Part shown: positions 49,102 to 58,772 of the stretch, in pieces
Layout: the number at the start of each line of letters is the position of its first letter
Numbering within the stretch: the first letter of the stretch is position 1
Origin: an uncultured Bifidobacteriaceae bacterium
GTDB lineage: Bacteria > Bacteroidota > Bacteroidia > Chitinophagales > UBA10324
Direction of reading: 5' to 3'
Assembly: GCA_964640655.1 (NCBI GenBank)
Contig: CAZXFT010000012.1
Location: 32,191-96,190 of the forward strand
Length of the DNA stretch: 64,000 bases
The notes under the pieces: model-generated
What the model was told of the DNA's origin: nothing
Databases searched by the model: none
What the model saw: the letters and a program-made list of their open reading frames with translations, nothing else
Made by a program: the position numbers and the translations under genes

Positions 49102-50829
49102 TTATCTGTTATAAAGTGCATATGTTAGACCTACGTTAATACCCCAGGAAAGTATGTTGTTTCGACCTATTCCATTGGTAAGAGACTGGTAGCTGGCAAG
49201 TTTGCGGTTATTATTGCTGAAATCGGTTTTGTCCTCTTTCCAATAAGTACTATAATAAACACTGGACTTACTGTTATTCAACTGTGTGTATATCACAACA
49301 AGACCTGCATTATAATATAACTTGCCTGTAATCAATTTTGCAAACTGAACTTTACCAATGTATGTAAGCGTAAGACCTTCAATACCAAGTGTCTTATCAG
49401 AAGGTATGTTAGGTGTCAGAGAACTTCCATACAGCAATAAATCTTCAAGTGCATTACTCTTTGAGTTATCAAATTTGATAACTCCCGGTGCATTAAGGTC
49501 GTCGTTGATATCTGTTGCAACAAATTTTCCAATAGACTTATCATACTTAGCATATGAGAAATAATTAAATGAAGGTTCATCCTTGGTGAATGTCCATCTT
49601 GCTCTCGTGAAGCTGGGACCCACACCGGCACTGAATTTCAGAAATGAAGTTACTCCCTCAGAGCTCTTACCGCTGATATTAAACTTGTATTTTAAAAAAA
49701 GAATGGGTGCAGTGAGGATGCTATAGTTGATTTGTTCTTCAATGTTGTCAGAAGAAATAATTTTTCGAACACTCTCTATGGTTTGTTTATTCTCGGCATC
49801 AATATTTTTATCAATAAAACTTACAAAGAAATTATCAATACCAACCGTCTGTTTAGCATTGGTGTAAATTGCTCCTAATCCAATACCGAAAACACGTTTT
49901 TTTCTTCCGAAATAATATTCTAATTCGGCTGCAGCGTGCCACTGACCTAATGAAGATTTTTTTATAACATTAAAATCTTCTTTCAGAGCGAATTGAGCAG
50001 GATCGTCATTTGGCGAGAATGTGTTCTTATACCCTTCTGTAAGATTGGTTTGGAACTTCTCCTTGTTAAAATCAACAAACGTCAATGTTCCTCCGGCGTT
50101 GATATTAAAAACAATTCGTTCACCAAAAGCAGGAGGACAACCTCGGTTGCTGAGTATACCTCTTGATCCGGGGCATTTATCTTCATTACCAAAGACCAAA
50201 TCGCCGTCAGAGTCATTACTGAATTTAATTTTGGAGATTTTACCGCTATTTACAACCTTAGTAATTAATGCCGCCGTATAATCTTCATTAAATGAAAATG
50301 TAAGAGTTATTGTATCACGATTGTATGTAATAGGAGAATTTTCCGGAAAGAGCACAACAGGAGTTCCAATACTTGATTTTGCTCTGAACTCTTTTTCAAT
50401 GGTGATATAAACAACGTCTTCTTTAAACTCGTTGAGGTTCACAGATATGTTACGTATTTTTATAATATCAATACCTCTTTTATAAAACTGTTTCAATTCA
50501 CTGATATATTTATCAATATCAACAAGATCGAGATCGTAGGCTACATCATAAACATTCTGCTGTTGTATAACTTGTGGGTTACGGAAAAGATTAGGAACAA
50601 ACTCGTTGTAGATGTCGGCATTATCAGAGAAAAGTGATCTGAATTTTGTAATCGCTTCATTAGTAATGGTATCGCTTCCTGATGTTTTAAACTTATTATA
50701 GTCTTCATAGACATTAAGCAGGGAATCAATCAGTTTAAATGCTTTTAACTTTTTATCCCAACTGATGTCCTGGCTCCAGCCGGAAATAAATACACAAGAC
50801 AATAAAGCGGTGAGTATAATTTTTTTCAT
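49102..50829 (-). CDS. Outer-membrane protein: periplasmic domain, TSP3-like Ca-binding repeat, beta-barrel
   Basis: Signal peptide; DSDGDLVFGNEDKCPGSRG...GCP; amphipathic strands ending WGINVGLTY. Confidence 0.6.
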   Translation of the reverse strand: MKKIILTALLSCVFISGWSQDISWDKKLKAFKLIDSLLNVYEDYNKFKTSGSDTITNEAITKFRSLFSDNADIYNEFVPNLFRNPQVIQQQNVYDVAYDLDLVDIDKYISELKQFYKRGIDIIKIRNISVNLNEFKEDVVYITIEKEFRAKSSIGTPVVLFPENSPITYNRDTITLTFSFNEDYTAALITKVVNSGKISKIKFSNDSDGDLVFGNEDKCPGSRGILSNRGCPPAFGERIVFNINAGGTLTFVDFNKEKFQTNLTEGYKNTFSPNDDPAQFALKEDFNVIKKSSLGQWHAAAELEYYFGRKKRVFGIGLGAIYTNAKQTVGIDNFFVSFIDKNIDAENKQTIESVRKIISSDNIEEQINYSILTAPILFLKYKFNISGKSSEGVTSFLKFSAGVGPSFTRARWTFTKDEPSFNYFSYAKYDKSIGKFVATDINDDLNAPGVIKFDNSKSNALEDLLLYGSSLTPNIPSDKTLGIEGLTLTYIGKVQFAKLITGKLYYNAGLVVIYTQLNNSKSSVYYSTYWKEDKTDFSNNNRKLASYQSLTNGIGRNNILSWGINVGLTYALYNR

Positions 50830-53800
50830 CGGGCTATCATCAGTTTTTGAGTGAGTATTAATCCACTTCCGGATTGGTAGGTTAAAATATATAAACCATC
50901 GTCAAGTTGAGAGGTATCAATAGATTCAAGTGGTTTAAATACTTGTTTATTGATAATAGTTCTTCCACTTAAATCAACAACATGAATAAATGCTTCACCT
51001 GCTATGTAGGGCATTTCCACAACAATATAATCAGAAGACGGATTGGGATAAACTTTAAAGAAATTCTTCAATAAATCGTCGCGGGTAGATGTAACATTCG
51101 ACACATTGTTCAGGAACGAGCGTTGAATGCACGCATTTCCACTCGTCTTATAATCCACATAGTAATAGTTATCGTTCGTGTTCAAAATTTCATTTCCAAA
51201 AACATAAACTGATTGATTCTGATTTGGTGATAATCCGAATGAGATAGAGTTTAGAGCAAATGAACTATTATCATTGAATAAATTTTTTGAAACGCGATGC
51301 CATTGATATTCAATACCGGCGACGTCGTATAACACTGCCATCGAAGCCGGATTAACCGTTAACTGAAACATATCAGCATAAGGCAAGCTGTTAATTTGAG
51401 AGGGGATAGGAATTAATTTAGTCGTTGAACATTTAACATTACCAAAAATATTGGTCGAAGCTGTTAAAGAAATGCTGTTACCAAACAAATCAGGGTCGGC
51501 GATAAAAGCTTTCGTACTGTCATCATTAAATAAACCAAGTTGGTTGCCCCAGCTATAATTTGTATTGGCAGAAGGTTGAATAAATACGTAAACATTTTTC
51601 TGGCCAATGCAAGAAGGTTCTAATGTAAATACTGGTTCGTTAGGTGCAGGATTAAAAGTAATACTCAAGTTTATCGGAGAGCCTTCGCAAGAGTCACTTC
51701 CTAAATGATAAATTGGTATTACACTATATGTTGCTGTTCCGGTAGTACTGTTTGATTGTAACACAGGAACTATACTTGGCAAAATATAATCAGATGTCTT
51801 GATATCCTGTGTCCATAATGAACTAGTTAGAACATTGTTGCTATTAATTCTATTCCACTTATAAGTTGTATTACTTTCTATGGTTGTAGATTCATTGGAT
51901 GTTACTTTTATGTTTCCGGTTTCAGACTTTTCACACCGGACATAAGTGGTGTCATTACCTGAAAGAGTAGGCATAACCTGCAATGTGACAGATGATGGAG
52001 TTCCAGTACAGACTGATGAAGGGCTTGCAACCTGAAAACGAGGAGTTATAGAATAAGAAATGGGCACATGCTTAGTATCATCAAGATTTTGTACCGTAGC
52101 ATTAATGATTGCTAAAGCAGGATTTGAAACTGTAGAAGGGTTTGAAGAGTTGTCGCTTGCGTTTTCCCACGTCCAGTCAAATTTATATGCGGGAGTGCCA
52201 GTAGTTTGAGGTATCAGGTCAACAGCAATAACCGAATTATCACACACATTGACTTTTTGTGGTACGGCTGTAAAAGAAGGAATTGGCAGTACAACGATTG
52301 TGAATGTGGTATCGCCATTGGCCTTATGACAACCCTCGCTTCCTCCTGCTGTACTGGGTAATACGGGGTCGTAATGTATAACTGCTTGTTGTGCAGCTGA
52401 TGTAGCGTTTGTTAAGTTTAATGTAAATGTATTACCACCTAAATTAGAACTAACGTTATTTCCTGAACAAGTACCATTACAAGAAATGCTACCACTTTGA
52501 CTGGAACTAAAAAACCAATCATAGTTATATGTTGCTGTACTTAACAAAGCCAAAGTAACCGTACTGTTTACACCAGAACATATCGTATCAGGGAAAACAG
52601 GTGTTACTGAATTTAGGGAAGGATTAACGTTAACAATTCGAGTTGCGCTTGAAGTACAACTATTCGCCGCCGTTCCGACAACTGTGTATGTTGATGTTGC
52701 AGTTGGGTTTGCAGTAACCGTTGCACCTGATGAGGGACTTAATCCAGCAGATGGTGTCCAAGTATATGATGATGCGCCTGACGCGGTTAATGAAAAACCT
52801 TGACCAAAGCATATTGTAACGGTTGCAGGGCTTACTGAGACTGTTGGTAAAGGAAGTATAGTTACTATTCTAGTAGAAGTTCCAGTACACCCTGCGGCAG
52901 AGGTGCCTGTTACTGTGTAAGTAGTCGTTGAGGATGGGCTCGCATTTACATTAGTTCCCGTTGTAATATTTAAACCTGTTGATGGAGTCCAAGTATATGT
53001 TGATGCTCCTGATGCTGTTAATGTAGCACTTGCTCCAAGGCAAATTGAAACGGTGGCGGGAGAAACATTAACTGTAGGTAATGGGTTTATTGTAACTATC
53101 CTGGTTGCTGTAGATGTGCAACCAGCAGCAGATGTTCCGGTAACAGTATAAGTTGTTGTTGCAACAGGGCTTGCGTTAACGGAACTTCCATTTGTTGCAC
53201 TTAAACCTGTTGATGGGGTCCAGGTGTATGTTGATGCTCCCGATGCTGTCAAGCTTTGAGATGCACCAATGCAAATTGAAACAGTAGCGGGAGAGATAGA
53301 AACCGTAGGCAAAGGATTAACCGTTACTATCCGTGTAGCATTCCCGGTGCATCCGTTCGCAGCAGTGCCTGTGACAGTATATGTTGTTGTTGAAGCAGGA
53401 CTGGCAGTAACAGTTGCTCCTGTTGTCGGACTAAGTCCGGATGAAGGTGACCAACTATAAGTATTAGCACCGGAAGCGGTTAATGGAATACTTCCACCTG
53501 CACAAATGGTTGCTGTAGCAGGTGAGACAGAAATGGTGGGTACAGGGTTTACGGTTACTATTTTAGTTGCAGTGCCTGTACATCCATTCGCTGTTGTACC
53601 GGTTACGGTGTATGTTATTGTTGAAGAAGGATTGGCTGAAACAGTTGCACCTGTGGTAGCACTCAAACCTGTTGAAGGTGTCCAGGTGTATGTTGATGCT
53701 CCTGAAGCTGTAAGGTTGATACTGGAGCCTGAACAAATAGAAGCGGTGCTTGGACTGACGCTCACTGATGGTAACGGATTTACTGTTACTGTTTTGGATG

Positions 53801-54869
53801 CTGTACCTGAACATCCGTTAGCTGTTGTACCCGTTACAGTATAAGTTGTTGTTGATGTTGGACTGGCTGTAACTGTTGCACCGGTTGTCGCACTCAATCC
53901 TGTTGCAGGTGTCCACGAATAAGTATTGCCACCGCTTGCGGTTAGATTAATTGATCCACCGGAACAAAAAGCGGCTGTAATTGGTGAAATTGAAATACTG
54001 GCTGAGCTATTGACAGTTACTACTACAGTAGCAGTAGATGAGCACCCTGATGAAGTACCTGTAACAGTATATGTAGTGGTAACTGTTGGACTGGCAGTAA
54101 CCGAAGTACCAGTAGTGGTATTTAATCCTGATGATGGCGACCAGGAATAAGTAGTTGCTCCGCTTGCAGTTAATGATGTGGACTGTCCGTTACATAAGGT
54201 TGCAGATGAGGGATTGACAGAAACAGAAGGCGTGCTGTTTACAGTTATTGCCTGATTAAAGGAACAACTGGCTCCGTTACCGTCAGTAATAGTAACGGTA
54301 AATGTACCCGATGCAGAAGGTGTAATTACATTTGTAGTTGCGCTATTGCTCCATAGATAACTTAACCCACTACCTTGAGTACTGCAAGTACCTATAGTAT
54401 TTCCAGAGCAAACTGTTGTTGGTGTTATTACAGGTTGTATGATTGTTATCTGGTTGGTTGTAACCGGTGTACTTACTGCTATTTGTGTGTTGTTGTTACA
54501 AATAATTACACGAGTCTTGTATACGCCACACTGGGTGAAAGTACTTGCATTAAATGTGAAACTTACCGGAGACAATGTTCCGGTTCCTGAAATTGCGGAA
54601 GGATGATTAACGGTAAACCCAGAAGTTTGATTACAGGCATCAAAGACATCCTGATTTGCAGAACCTAAAGGACCCTTAGCTATCTGAAATTTTAAAGTCC
54701 TATTACTCCCAACTCCCGTGTATTTAATATGTGTGGTTAAACTAAATTGCTGAAGAGCAGTTGAACAAAATATTTTCACACCTGAAATACTATCTAAAGT
54801 GACACTTTGTGCAAATAGATGATTCAATGAAAAGATAAAGAAAACAATCAGTGATAATTTTTTCTTCAT
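50826..54869 (-). CDS. Large T9SS type-A CTD cargo with tandem Ig/PKD-like repeats (adhesin-like)
   Basis: Signal peptide from ATG 54869 (MKKKLSLIVFF...LFAQ); seven 77-aa repeats; CTD VYPNPSSD...VDLSGR...IDTSQLDDGLYIL...QKLMI. Confidence 0.9.
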   Translation of the reverse strand: MKKKLSLIVFFIFSLNHLFAQSVTLDSISGVKIFCSTALQQFSLTTHIKYTGVGSNRTLKFQIAKGPLGSANQDVFDACNQTSGFTVNHPSAISGTGTLSPVSFTFNASTFTQCGVYKTRVIICNNNTQIAVSTPVTTNQITIIQPVITPTTVCSGNTIGTCSTQGSGLSYLWSNSATTNVITPSASGTFTVTITDGNGASCSFNQAITVNSTPSVSVNPSSATLCNGQSTSLTASGATTYSWSPSSGLNTTTGTSVTASPTVTTTYTVTGTSSGCSSTATVVVTVNSSASISISPITAAFCSGGSINLTASGGNTYSWTPATGLSATTGATVTASPTSTTTYTVTGTTANGCSGTASKTVTVNPLPSVSVSPSTASICSGSSINLTASGASTYTWTPSTGLSATTGATVSANPSSTITYTVTGTTANGCTGTATKIVTVNPVPTISVSPATATICAGGSIPLTASGANTYSWSPSSGLSPTTGATVTASPASTTTYTVTGTAANGCTGNATRIVTVNPLPTVSISPATVSICIGASQSLTASGASTYTWTPSTGLSATNGSSVNASPVATTTYTVTGTSAAGCTSTATRIVTINPLPTVNVSPATVSICLGASATLTASGASTYTWTPSTGLNITTGTNVNASPSSTTTYTVTGTSAAGCTGTSTRIVTILPLPTVSVSPATVTICFGQGFSLTASGASSYTWTPSAGLSPSSGATVTANPTATSTYTVVGTAANSCTSSATRIVNVNPSLNSVTPVFPDTICSGVNSTVTLALLSTATYNYDWFFSSSQSGSISCNGTCSGNNVSSNLGGNTFTLNLTNATSAAQQAVIHYDPVLPSTAGGSEGCHKANGDTTFTIVVLPIPSFTAVPQKVNVCDNSVIAVDLIPQTTGTPAYKFDWTWENASDNSSNPSTVSNPALAIINATVQNLDDTKHVPISYSITPRFQVASPSSVCTGTPSSVTLQVMPTLSGNDTTYVRCEKSETGNIKVTSNESTTIESNTTYKWNRINSNNVLTSSLWTQDIKTSDYILPSIVPVLQSNSTTGTATYSVIPIYHLGSDSCEGSPINLSITFNPAPNEPVFTLEPSCIGQKNVYVFIQPSANTNYSWGNQLGLFNDDSTKAFIADPDLFGNSISLTASTNIFGNVKCSTTKLIPIPSQINSLPYADMFQLTVNPASMAVLYDVAGIEYQWHRVSKNLFNDNSSFALNSISFGLSPNQNQSVYVFGNEILNTNDNYYYVDYKTSGNACIQRSFLNNVSNVTSTRDDLLKNFFKVYPNPSSDYIVVEMPYIAGEAFIHVVDLSGRTIINKQVFKPLESIDTSQLDDGLYILTYQSGSGLILTQKLMIAR
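52621..54240 (-). repeat. Seven tandem ~231-nt repeats encoding Ig-like domains
   Basis: Unit P.VSVSP....IC.G.S..LTASGA.TY.W.PS.GL..TTG..V.ASP..TTTYTVTGT...GC...ATR.VTVN. Confidence 0.9.
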
Positions 54870-54924
54870 AGGGTTTGGGGGTTGGACTCGCAATATAACT
54901 GCATTTTTAAATACCTGTAGGTTT

Positions 54925-56235
54925 CTATTTTATTTCTTCAACTATATTTTCTGTATTGTCATTAATGGTAGTGGAGATTACTCTAAACTTAAAATGCCCC
55001 TGGCGGTGCCCAATTTCATAATTGATATTGTATTTAAGTTTTTCGTCCTCCATGGCCATTTTTTTAAATTTTACATTATCATTTTTCTTTGAACAGGAAA
55101 CTACATAATCCACCTTTCGAACCTTAATTGGAATACTAAACCTGGTGTTTACGCGAACCAGTTCATTATTTACATATCGCGAAGCAACATCCCATTTCTT
55201 TTGAAGCATTCTCATTTCAAGATTCTTCTTGAATGAAACTTTGTTTTGAGTGGAGTCTATATTATTGAAAACAATCCTTTGCATAGAGCCAGACTTATTT
55301 ACATAACATTCGAGGATTGCATTGTAATGAAAATTAATGGGCATGGAATGCATTACTTCTTCAATATCTTTCTGTATAAACTTCTGATAATACACCACAT
55401 TGGCATTTGATGCTTCTTCAAAAACTTCTTCCACCACCATAGTGTCCACAACTTTTACCGGAGTAGTAACAACTTCCTTAACTGGTTTCTTTTCTTCATT
55501 ATGAACTTCAATGGTTTTTTGCTCGTGGTTTTTTTTCTGTTCTTCTACGGGCTTTTGTTCTGGGTTTTCTTTTTGAACATCAACAGGTTTTGGCTCCGGA
55601 TTTTCTTTCTGTTCTCCAACAGGCTTTATTTCCGGGGTACTATTCTTAATCGGTTGTTTGACTTTCAATAGTGAATTCGGATAGTAACGTTCTATTACAT
55701 CAGCATGCCATTTCTCCACTTCCGGGCTAATACGCTCGAGAGTATAATGATAACCCGGATGCTCAACTCCCAGGTCCACTATTTGATTGAGGTATAAATA
55801 TTTTTCACGTTTATTGTCTTTGAAGAAAAATACAAACTGATAATTGGAATCCATAAGATATGGAATGGTGTCTAAACCATTCGGGAATATGTATCCTGTT
55901 TTTGTTCGTGTTATTTGTTGTGAATATTGAGCCTTAGGAGCTTGAGTATTGTTGGCGGCATATTGCCTGACTACTACCTCCTGATCATTGTTATTGTAAT
56001 CAACTTCTATTGAGCCAAACTCCTTATTAAAATCAGTGAAAGTATAACGTGTTGTATAGTTGTTGTAGCCGTTATAAATTGTGTCTAATTTGAAAATAAT
56101 CTGAAAGGTAGAATCCGAGTATACACTATATGCTATGCCCAGTAAAGGTTTTGTTTTTTTCTGTGCTTGCAGATTTGTCAAAAAGAAAACACACAGGCAT
56201 AATGCTATAAGACAGCCCGGTAATTTAATAGACAT
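54925..56235 (-). CDS. Secreted protein with Lys/Pro/Glu linker and TonB C-terminal-like domain
   Basis: Signal peptide; linker repeats; C-terminal CYVNKSGSM...KWDVAS...VRV.TRFSIPIKV resembles TonB_C. Confidence 0.5.
   Translation of the reverse strand: MSIKLPGCLIALCLCVFFLTNLQAQKKTKPLLGIAYSVYSDSTFQIIFKLDTIYNGYNNYTTRYTFTDFNKEFGSIEVDYNNNDQEVVVRQYAANNTQAPKAQYSQQITRTKTGYIFPNGLDTIPYLMDSNYQFVFFFKDNKREKYLYLNQIVDLGVEHPGYHYTLERISPEVEKWHADVIERYYPNSLLKVKQPIKNSTPEIKPVGEQKENPEPKPVDVQKENPEQKPVEEQKKNHEQKTIEVHNEEKKPVKEVVTTPVKVVDTMVVEEVFEEASNANVVYYQKFIQKDIEEVMHSMPINFHYNAILECYVNKSGSMQRIVFNNIDSTQNKVSFKKNLEMRMLQKKWDVASRYVNNELVRVNTRFSIPIKVRKVDYVVSCSKKNDNVKFKKMAMEDEKLKYNINYEIGHRQGHFKFRVISTTINDNTENIVEEIK
55519..55626 (-). 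repeat. Three 36-nt tandem repeats (KPVxxQKxNxEx)
   Basis: KPVGEQKENPEP / KPVDVQKENPEQ / KPVEEQKKNHEQ. Confidence 0.8.
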
Positions 56236-56240
56236 AAAAG

Positions 56241-56744
56241 CTAATTACGTGGTGCGTTCAGAATAAGCTGATATTTCTCCAATTCACTTTTTGCTTTCTC
56301 TAAATCTTTGTTGCACCTGTTATTTTCCAGCACCAAGGCATTGTATTGATTTGTAACAGTTAACTCATTTTTCTTGGCATCAAGTAAAGCACTATAGCCT
56401 AAAGCAATCTTCTTATAGAACTTAATTGAAGTAGAATCACCGCTGATGTTTTTTAAGCGGGTAATGTGCTCTGCAATATCTGCCTCAACTGCAGACTGAA
56501 CCCTGCCTGGTTTTCCATATACCATAAACCATACATTCAACGAATCTACTATGGCATTTATATTTCCGCCGCCTTTGGACTGTGCTTTTAAATCATAATA
56601 CTCGTTGTGTAAGGTTTTGTAATCTTTCCAGGGAAAACTGTAGTCGATAAAAATAGTTAGCACCACAATAAACACGGTAACTAAAAACATCACTAAAAAT
56701 TGAAAGAAGGCGTTGTTAATCTCTTTTTCGTTCTTCGGCTTCAT
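56241..56744 (-). CDS. tssO: T6SS-iii TssO
   Basis: MKPKN..E...AF.QFL..F TM helix, C-terminal coiled coil with C..DL; follows tssK. Confidence 0.82.
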   Translation of the reverse strand: MKPKNEKEINNAFFQFLVMFLVTVFIVVLTIFIDYSFPWKDYKTLHNEYYDLKAQSKGGGNINAIVDSLNVWFMVYGKPGRVQSAVEADIAEHITRLKNISGDSTSIKFYKKIALGYSALLDAKKNELTVTNQYNALVLENNRCNKDLEKAKSELEKYQLILNAPRN

Positions 56745-56762
56745 AGGGTATAAATGGGTTTA

Positions 56763-57911
56763 TTATTCAAGTAATGACCAACCTTTCTTGTTGTCTTTCT
56801 TTTCGGCATTCGATTTTTCACGAACAAATATGTCTCGCTCTTTACGCTTACCTATTAAGTCTAACTGATTTAGTTTGTTAAATAAGTTCTCAAACATCGA
56901 AAGGAAATTATCCACCTTCTGATAAGAGTTGGCTATATTTTTATGGTCGTAGTCGTGAAAGATGATGTCATTCAGAAAGCTGTCGAAGTTTCCGGCATTT
57001 AACTCAGTCCATTCTGAGAAATACAACAGCATTTCTTCCTTTTCTTTTTCTGCAAGGCAATCGTTAAAAACTCTGATGTGATTAGCCATGCGAACAAAAT
57101 AATCAATCAGGAAAACTGGGGGACGATATACAGTTGTTTGTCTGTATTCAAAAAAGATGTCAGCGATGTATGCAATAATCTTTTCGCAAAGATTTTTAAT
57201 ATTTACAGCCAGTGCTGTTGTCTGATTCTTAGAAACAACTTTTTGAATAATCTTGGTGCAGTTCTCTTCTATGGAGTTCAGCGAGGCGCCAAAGTTTCGG
57301 TAATAATTGATCAAAGAAGGGTGGCTGATAACGCTGGTGCTAGGTGGAATATATTTTGTATCAAAAACATAATCATCCCCTTTCAGAAGCACCCTGCCTA
57401 TGGTCAGGCAATAATCCAACCCTGAGTTGTTGGTCAATTGGTCAGCAGGCTGAATGTGCAGCGAATAAGTGTGATTGGTAAACGGCACACGCAGTGGACT
57501 TTCTTCGGGGTTGGCCTGACCATGTAACGCACGGTCGTATGGATTTACCATAATTACAAGGTCATAAACCACTGCTTTGTTTGAGCGTGTTTGTTCATTG
57601 GCGATATCTGTGGTAACAGATAAATCACCAATATTATTAAGTATTTCAATTCTGCAACCACCAATAGTTAATGCACGGCAAGTATTGATACGAATTTTGA
57701 ATTTATCGAAACGACTGTCTATAACATCTAGGCTAATAGTATCGGCATTTTTTTTCCCTGGCAACAGGCCATAATTCCATTCGTTCAGGTTAACGGCATA
57801 AGCATCACGTATGGCATCAATATGTGCACGGTCGCTTTCAATAAAACGATTCTTTGAGATTTTCATCCCATCGATCCAGTTGACTGTGAAATATTTTATT
57901 TCAGGTATCAT
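56763..57911 (-). CDS. tssK: T6SS-iii baseplate TssK
   Basis: VNWIDGMKISK.RF, NYGLLP, CRALT.GG.RI, GQ.NPEE.P.R.P, YIPP, Y.H..I. Confidence 0.88.
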   Translation of the reverse strand: MIPEIKYFTVNWIDGMKISKNRFIESDRAHIDAIRDAYAVNLNEWNYGLLPGKKNADTISLDVIDSRFDKFKIRINTCRALTIGGCRIEILNNIGDLSVTTDIANEQTRSNKAVVYDLVIMVNPYDRALHGQANPEESPLRVPFTNHTYSLHIQPADQLTNNSGLDYCLTIGRVLLKGDDYVFDTKYIPPSTSVISHPSLINYYRNFGASLNSIEENCTKIIQKVVSKNQTTALAVNIKNLCEKIIAYIADIFFEYRQTTVYRPPVFLIDYFVRMANHIRVFNDCLAEKEKEEMLLYFSEWTELNAGNFDSFLNDIIFHDYDHKNIANSYQKVDNFLSMFENLFNKLNQLDLIGKRKERDIFVREKSNAEKKDNKKGWSLLE

Positions 57912-57915
57912 TCAC

Positions 57916-58764
57916 TTAGCTGTTTTCAACTCGTCTGCACACAATAATTTGTTTTTCAGCGAGGTTATTTGTTGAAATTGTTATTTCCGGGTCAATAAAC
58001 TTTTTTGAACCAAACATTCCCGGTTTAATGTAAAACACCCATCCATAAGCCTTACCCTGTGTATCGTGCGTAATGATTGGGTTTTCTTCATACTTATCGT
58101 TATAGTTCTGAATAAACATGCAAAACCAATCAGAGAATAGTAACTCTTCCGGTGCTTTTGCCTTGAAGTTGGTGGTATTGGTTTCTGTAAGGTTTTTTAA
58201 AAATTCAAGTTCCAGTACTTTAACTCTGTTTAAATCAAGATTATCTAAGTCAACCTCGTTAGGAAACTCAGGATAGTACCATACTTTATAAATTGGAACA
58301 GGGATAGCTACTGAAGCTTCAAAGGTGAGGAAATAGAAATAAGGAATGATGAAAGTAAAAAATGCCGAACCAAAGTACCACCCGCCGGTGCGCTCGCTGG
58401 CAAAATCATAAACAATGGAAAACAGCAGGCCCGAAAGAAATACCACAAACAGTTGTAGCAGTATGGCAGATAACATGGGATAATTGAATCGATTACCATA
58501 CTTCTTGATAAAAATTTTGTAAAAGAATATTCCACTAATTGCAGCAAAAAACTGAGTGACTATGAAGAGAACAAAAGGGTTAGAATCCTTAATAAGACCA
58601 ATAAATCCAAACAACGTATGCAGCAGAACAAAAAAAAGTGAGGTTAATATTAACCGAAGCGATTTAAAATCCTGCTTCTGTTTGTTCAAATATTGAAACA
58701 CAATCATGGTTACAAGAACCACAAGTGAAGAAATACCAATATAGGGGTAGTTAAGGTTTATCAT
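57916..58764 (-). CDS. tssN: T6SS-iii TssN
   Basis: 5 N-terminal TMs, IP.P.YK.WYYP, FKAKAP....F.DWF..FI..YN, YGW.FY.K, IDP..TI..N.L. Confidence 0.88.
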   Translation of the reverse strand: MINLNYPYIGISSLVVLVTMIVFQYLNKQKQDFKSLRLILTSLFFVLLHTLFGFIGLIKDSNPFVLFIVTQFFAAISGIFFYKIFIKKYGNRFNYPMLSAILLQLFVVFLSGLLFSIVYDFASERTGGWYFGSAFFTFIIPYFYFLTFEASVAIPVPIYKVWYYPEFPNEVDLDNLDLNRVKVLELEFLKNLTETNTTNFKAKAPEELLFSDWFCMFIQNYNDKYEENPIITHDTQGKAYGWVFYIKPGMFGSKKFIDPEITISTNNLAEKQIIVCRRVENS

Positions 58765-58772
58765 TTAAGCGT

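Noticed and set aside
53269..54150. Plus-strand Val/Ala-rich ORFs opposite the adhesin, and similar short ORFs throughout the window
   Set aside because: Antisense shadows of Thr/Ser-rich or conserved coding sequence with no independent motifs.
52621..54240. Regular repeats as a possible CRISPR array or DGR
   Set aside because: They are degenerate in-frame 231-nt coding repeats; no spacers, cas genes or reverse transcriptase.
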